Shown: positions 21,774 to 26,671 of the stretch, one piece after another
Layout: each line of letters begins with the position of its first letter
Numbering within the stretch: position 1 is the stretch's first letter
IMG/VR virus record: IMGVR_UViG_3300021168_000019
Coordinates: 1-26,671 of that record
DNA: 26,671 nt
Direction: 5' to 3' (one strand)
DNA from: a virus
Taxonomy: Duplodnaviria; Heunggongvirae; Uroviricota; Caudoviricetes
Made by a program: the position numbers and the translations under genes
The notes under the pieces: model-generated
Told to the model about the DNA's origin: nothing
Seen by the model: the letters and a program-made list of their open reading frames with translations, nothing else
The model's database searches: none

Positions 21774-24508
21774 TATATCTCCTGTTGGTAACTGCCGAAG
21801 ATACTCAAAGTAAATAACTCATTCATCACGGTGTCGCTAGGTGAGAATATTACCTGAATCTGCATGTGCCTACATGCTGCTGCATCTTCTCTAAGTTGAG
21901 ATAGATAGAAACGCTGACTATATAACGATCTACTTTCTGGAAGATTAGGCGGATCAGATTCCCAGTTCTTGATGATATCAATTGGTCCTGTGTAATAAGG
22001 TAGCGCTTCATCTATTAGAAGTCCAATAGTCAAAGGAGAACCAAGTTTCACAGCATCCGTTACAATGTGATCTACAAGAGCAATCTGACCGGGTTGTGTC
22101 AGAACGGCAGACCCAATAACCGCATACGCAGAATATGGGGTTCCATCGTCACTAAATACACTCAAATCTCGTTTTGAAATAGGACCCGTTAGTGTAGGTC
22201 CAAGTAGCAACTGGTGAACGCCCGGTGATACTTCAATAGACTGAACAGCTTGCACGCCACCTACGATAGTAGCAAAAGGTGACCATGTGTATCCAGTTTC
22301 AGGAGCCGGTGTTGACATAAGTCGATACCAACCATTAACACCATCGGCTACATACCAAGCTGCATCTTCGCCTTGAACGTGCCACGCAACATATACGTTA
22401 TTGGGATTCCAACTTTGACCCGGAGTACCATTGTTTAGACGGAATTGGTCGCCGATTGGAAACCCTGCATAGCTTACGCCGTTAGAAGGATCAAGAATGA
22501 TAAATTGATTGTCAGTAGTAAATAGACCGATAATGGCCCCATTCACGTCCAATGCATTGTAGTTTAACAGTCCGATGCCGGGAAGTAATGGTTGTGATCC
22601 TTGTATGGGACTTGAGGCTGTACCTAATCCTTGAATGATGTAAACGTCTGATACAGTGAATACTAACATACCCGCAGTGGTCTTTACTAGACGTTTTACC
22701 AGTGATGGGCAATAATCGAAGTTCAAAGGATTGGAACCATTTAGTCCGTTGCCAGCCGGGTCATCCGGCCCCGATGTCCAATAAACCACATTACCTATGC
22801 TGTACCAATTTCTATTCAAATGGTATGTAAGGTTTAGTGCTCCTACAGGTGGAGGAGTGTTTTCATCGTTGATAGGAGCAGATATCAAATTGTCTAGTCC
22901 TGTATCTAATGTAGTATCAAGATATCCATTGTTTAAATAACTTGATAGCGATACGGTCCACGTTTGACCATTCTGTCCGGGAATTAAAAACGGCACTGAT
23001 TGTCCATCTGTGGTCCTAAAAATAGCAACATAGTCAGATTGCGTATCAATTACCGTGTTAGATAATGCACTATGAGGAGCACGCGTGATGGGAGGTAGTC
23101 CCGCACCGGGAGCAAGAAAAATACCCTGCGATCCGATGAAATTACCGGTTACTGCTGACATAGGAGAACCATTTGATACGGTATTGTCCAAAGAATTTAC
23201 CAACGCAACAGAATAACGATATCCGCCGTTCTGAGGACTTTGAGCCGCTAGATAGACTAACGTCCAAATTGTCGTGCCATCTGTCGTAGTTGCTCCTAGC
23301 GTTTGCGCCCAATTAGGTTCCGGTCCTGCCGGTGTGCCGCCTGTGGTTACTTCCTGCACATTGTTATTAGCATCTACTACAAACGATCCAGAGCCATAGC
23401 TAGTTCCTGTCTTCCAGAACTGAAGATTGTTGACATCTCCTAGATTACTAGAAGGGGAGAATTGCGGCACAACTGGAACATTATTAGTGTTAGCAATGCC
23501 CCAATTTTCAACAGGCGCTCCTCTGTTTACCCACACTACGGAGTTATCTATAGTGATTCCACCTTGGAAGCGAGTTGATACACTAGGGGTAACAGTGCTG
23601 AACGTCGGAATAGTCGATCCAGATACAGGTGTTCCCGCGTTGATTGCATAACAGAGCGCCGTGATAGTAGGACTAGTATATGGAAAGGTATAACCAACAT
23701 CTGTTGGAAATGGCCAATTCACAGTCATTGATGTCCCGGTTATGCTCAAAATAGTTACATCAGGAAACGGTATATTCGGATAAGCGTACGCTGTGGTAAA
23801 TATACCATGAGTTTCTAAAATGTCTCCAACAGCTACAATGTTACTTAATGTTACGCTTGAGTGTAATGTAACAATGGGTCCAGATGTGGAAGTAGGCCCT
23901 ACAATTGAGAACGAATTAATAGGGATATAAGTGCCATACAACTGCTGGATGTTTCCGTTGACATCTATGATATAAGTGGTCAGGAATGGGGTAGTTCCTA
24001 CTCCATAGCTATAGTTAGCTTGCCATGTGTTTAGAGTCTGTAGCCATTTCTTGTTGTCAATGCCGTCCGCGAAGTACAGAATGTTACCTACAGACTGCAT
24101 GTAAGTTTCGCCCGATCCTGTGCTTTTTGTAAATACGAGAGTCTTAGTTCCACTCTCTAGGGAGTACAAGGCATTAGACTGATCTACCATGATTATGATT
24201 TCTTCTGTGTTTTGATTAAACAGACGAAACTCATAGAAGCGGTCCACATTGGAGTAGCTATTGCTATCGAATACGGATGTTCCCGGTCTACGGGCTAGGG
24301 TTAGCTTGTTGGTAATTTCTACGTTCGAACCCGCAATAAGGGCATCTCCTGCCTGTCCGTAGAACTTTTCAGCAATACGACTTGTGGCCGCGTCTCTCAA
24401 CGGAGAACGATTAGTCCAAATACCACTGGACCATCTACCTGTGTAGAGCGGGGTAAACTTAGTTTGTTTTTGCGGCTGCGCTCCGGCTAGCCCTAGATTA
24501 TTAGGCAT
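21773..24508 (-). CDS. Tail nozzle / tubular protein B-like (T7 gp12 / P22 gp10 position) with inserted surface domains
   Basis: 911 aa, beta-rich, with N-terminal NVEIT..LTLARRPG and repeated blade-like segments. Synteny with GNAT and ejection genes. Confidence 0.65.
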   Translation of the reverse strand: MPNNLGLAGAQPQKQTKFTPLYTGRWSSGIWTNRSPLRDAATSRIAEKFYGQAGDALIAGSNVEITNKLTLARRPGTSVFDSNSYSNVDRFYEFRLFNQNTEEIIIMVDQSNALYSLESGTKTLVFTKSTGSGETYMQSVGNILYFADGIDNKKWLQTLNTWQANYSYGVGTTPFLTTYIIDVNGNIQQLYGTYIPINSFSIVGPTSTSGPIVTLHSSVTLSNIVAVGDILETHGIFTTAYAYPNIPFPDVTILSITGTSMTVNWPFPTDVGYTFPYTSPTITALCYAINAGTPVSGSTIPTFSTVTPSVSTRFQGGITIDNSVVWVNRGAPVENWGIANTNNVPVVPQFSPSSNLGDVNNLQFWKTGTSYGSGSFVVDANNNVQEVTTGGTPAGPEPNWAQTLGATTTDGTTIWTLVYLAAQSPQNGGYRYSVALVNSLDNTVSNGSPMSAVTGNFIGSQGIFLAPGAGLPPITRAPHSALSNTVIDTQSDYVAIFRTTDGQSVPFLIPGQNGQTWTVSLSSYLNNGYLDTTLDTGLDNLISAPINDENTPPPVGALNLTYHLNRNWYSIGNVVYWTSGPDDPAGNGLNGSNPLNFDYCPSLVKRLVKTTAGMLVFTVSDVYIIQGLGTASSPIQGSQPLLPGIGLLNYNALDVNGAIIGLFTTDNQFIILDPSNGVSYAGFPIGDQFRLNNGTPGQSWNPNNVYVAWHVQGEDAAWYVADGVNGWYRLMSTPAPETGYTWSPFATIVGGVQAVQSIEVSPGVHQLLLGPTLTGPISKRDLSVFSDDGTPYSAYAVIGSAVLTQPGQIALVDHIVTDAVKLGSPLTIGLLIDEALPYYTGPIDIIKNWESDPPNLPESRSLYSQRFYLSQLREDAAACRHMQIQVIFSPSDTVMNELFTLSIFGSYQQEI

Positions 24509-24517
24509 GACACTCCC

Positions 24518-24805
24518 TTATTGCGGCTTGTTGTTATCTTTATTCTTAGCCCAATCTGCCAACTTGTTAGCTCCATACAGAGGGCCGCATGTGCTGACGA
24601 TGAATGCGCTAGCTGATGCTAGGAATGAGTTGAACTGCTCAATGCTGAATTTCTTCTGATGCGTGGCTATTCCAAAGGAAATACCAACGCCTAGTACGAA
24701 TGCGATTAAAGCAGTAATGTGTATACGAGTAGAGGAGCCTGATCCGTCAGGCTCACTCCATATAGACTTTATCCAAGTCAGACTCTTTTGAATATTTGCT
24801 TCCAT
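24518..24805 (-). CDS. Holin-like membrane protein (2 TM)
   Basis: 95 aa with W..SEPDG..SSTR, two hydrophobic segments and a charged C-terminus. Confidence 0.6.
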   Translation of the reverse strand: MEANIQKSLTWIKSIWSEPDGSGSSTRIHITALIAFVLGVGISFGIATHQKKFSIEQFNSFLASASAFIVSTCGPLYGANKLADWAKNKDNNKPQ

Positions 24806-26671
24806 TTAATCTCCCATTATAATGTCTACAATAGGTTGGCCACCTGTAGATAATACCTTAATAGCTAATATACCTACGTTCATCAAACCACTGCTAGCTT
24901 GCGTCATTGTATCTGAAAAGGAACCAGATGTTGTCGCAAACTGTTCCCATGCTAATGTTATAGGTCCATGTGAGTATCCATAAGACCCAAAGTAAAATGG
25001 AGCACCTGAATCTGCAATGATGATAGCTGGACCTGCACCTAGATAGAACGATATGATTAACTCATTGGCCCCTGCTGTAGTAATGCTACCAGTTGGGGCG
25101 GATGTGCTAGTAACTGTTGCACCATTAGAAGTATCAATAGATGGATGTGTTCCGGCTATTTCGATAACTTGTAATGCCGCAAGATCAGTCGTAGTAAGGG
25201 TTACAGTATCGGCTCCGCTTGAACTAGCAGTTGTATACCATACGCCAAAACCATTCGTTCCTCCTCCGCGAAGCAGCGTCCATGAATTGCTAAGTGAGTC
25301 GGAAATTGTTCCCGTCCCAGACTGCCACGCCCCTATGACAACAAGTAAATGTCCTGATGTTATATTTTGAACAAGTGTAGCAGTTGGAGTATTTGCTCCG
25401 GCAAACGTTCCTCCGTTCATAGTCTGAACACGGTGAGGAACGGTTATGCTATTGTTAGCTGCTGAGAAAACTAACATTGTTGATAGATTGTTTGTAAAAC
25501 TTCCACTTGTTGCTACGTGACTAGAATAAGTTCCAGCCGTAACCGATTCGTCCCACACTTGCTTTAAAAAGTGCGAACCAATTGGATATCCGCGTTGCAC
25601 CCAACCAGATGAATTTGTATAAAAAAACTGAGATGTGTCGTTATCTCCGATCAAAGAATACAAATAATAATTACCAGAACCTAATGTAATTGAATCTGTC
25701 TGGGTATTTTGAGTGGAGTTGGGTTGCACATTACGGACAGCGACAAACGGACTTGCGTTTCCTAATCCTATTACTTCTGTTGCATTTAGATCGTAGGTTA
25801 CAGAAGGAGCACCAGTCTCAGTTACAGAAATGGTTGTAGCTCCTGCTGCTACGTTTGTAGCATAGAAGGTAGTCGTTGTTTGCGGAACGTCACCACTATT
25901 ATTTACATATGGAACAACGGTCCAAGTGTTTCCCTTGTTATCACTCACTATCGGATATGAACTGTTAGCTGAAGTAACAGCAAGTATAAGAGTATCTCCA
26001 GAAGTTACAGGAAATGGCAGAGTTAAAGTTTGAGTGGTTGCAGTTCCGCTTTTAAAAGCTGTTTGCATTTCACCAAAAGTAGGAGTTGCCGATCTAAGAC
26101 CTACAACCAAAAATCCAACATTAGTTACACCGGAGCCAAACCCACCTGAAGTAGTGAATGAAAAACTTGTAGGTGAGCTAATAACTTGGTCGTAGGCGTA
26201 TTCTTCGAACTGACTTCCAGCGTTAGTTTCAAGTCGGTAAATATAACTTCCGCTTCCGCCAGAAAATTGACCCTGACTACCAATCTGGTATGTACTGAAA
26301 AGAGATACGAGCACTTCGTTAGAGCCGGTTGTTGCAATGGCCCCGGACCCTGAGCCTACAGTCCATACATCAGGAGTGTAAGTAGTACTTACACCAGTAT
26401 ATTCCAGTAATAAATTACAGGCTTGAACAGATGATGTGTAACTGACAGTAGGAGCGCAAGCTCCCGCACTTACGTTAGTAGCATAGAAAACAGTTGCACT
26501 AGCATTGTTAATTGTAGAGGATAGCAAGTTCCAAGTTGCCCCACATCCACTGACAGATGGAGACGTGCCTCCCGTGGCTGATACTAAAAGTGTATCACCA
26601 GCGGTAACAGTTATGGATGGAAATGCCAAACTGCTAACCGCAGTGCTTGATGTTGCTCTGACTGCCTGAAG
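24806..26671 (-). CDS. Tail fibre/receptor-binding or decoration protein with tandem beta-sandwich repeats (5'-truncated)
   Basis: The frame stays open to the window edge (LQAVRATSSTAVSSLAFPS...), so the track start at 26629 is probably not the true start. Ser/Thr/Gly-rich with three ~200 aa repeats. Confidence 0.7.
   Translation of the reverse strand, partial: LQAVRATSSTAVSSLAFPSITVTAGDTLLVSATGGTSPSVSGCGATWNLLSSTINNASATVFYATNVSAGACAPTVSYTSSVQACNLLLEYTGVSTTYTPDVWTVGSGSGAIATTGSNEVLVSLFSTYQIGSQGQFSGGSGSYIYRLETNAGSQFEEYAYDQVISSPTSFSFTTSGGFGSGVTNVGFLVVGLRSATPTFGEMQTAFKSGTATTQTLTLPFPVTSGDTLILAVTSANSSYPIVSDNKGNTWTVVPYVNNSGDVPQTTTTFYATNVAAGATTISVTETGAPSVTYDLNATEVIGLGNASPFVAVRNVQPNSTQNTQTDSITLGSGNYYLYSLIGDNDTSQFFYTNSSGWVQRGYPIGSHFLKQVWDESVTAGTYSSHVATSGSFTNNLSTMLVFSAANNSITVPHRVQTMNGGTFAGANTPTATLVQNITSGHLLVVIGAWQSGTGTISDSLSNSWTLLRGGGTNGFGVWYTTASSSGADTVTLTTTDLAALQVIEIAGTHPSIDTSNGATVTSTSAPTGSITTAGANELIISFYLGAGPAIIIADSGAPFYFGSYGYSHGPITLAWEQFATTSGSFSDTMTQASSGLMNVGILAIKVLSTGGQPIVDIIMGD

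Noticed and set aside
15529-26337. Short + strand and alternate-frame ORFs within the virion genes
   Set aside because: They are antisense shadows of long low-complexity genes, with no independent SD or motif support.
1-26671. CRISPR array, introns or inteins
   Set aside because: No regularly spaced repeats. nadV, nrdJ and the virion genes have normal lengths and continuous motifs, with no intein C/S...HN signatures noticed.

Overview
This is a fragment of a large, probably lytic, tailed bacteriophage genome with podovirus-like virion genes. The host cannot be identified from this window. From left to right on the + strand: the end of a MazG-like NTP pyrophosphohydrolase, a PRPP-synthetase-like plus NAMPT-like gene pair (the NARP1 NAD+-reconstitution anti-defence layout), and tRNA-Arg(UCU) overlapping the end of the NAMPT-like gene. 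These are followed by an antisense HNH nuclease with its own sigma70 promoter and a + strand AAA ATPase. Everything from about 4.7 kb onward is on the - strand. In coordinate order it holds an HNH gene, a class II ribonucleotide reductase (nrdJ), a SleB-type cell wall hydrolase, a cluster of 9 tRNAs interleaved with small ORFs, a stand-alone GGQ release-factor-like gene and highly structured spacers, a spanin-like protein, another HNH, a dATP/dGTP diphosphohydrolase-like gene and a metallophosphoesterase. The virion module follows: a membrane protein, a SleB paralog lacking the catalytic Glu, three ejection proteins (one with an SLT domain), a GNAT-like protein, a tail nozzle, a holin-like protein and a 5'-truncated repetitive tail protein. 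The most unusual signals are: (i) stop codons sitting 0-2 nt from, or inside, tRNA 5' ends, next to a phage GGQ rescue-type factor, suggesting a tRNA-punctuation plus ribosome-rescue system; (ii) unannotated pseudoknotted RNAs between tRNAs; (iii) a pseudoknot/terminator/antiterminator element upstream of nrdJ; (iv) a probable endolysin pseudoenzyme. All product calls come from motif recognition by eye. No database searches or folding programs were run.
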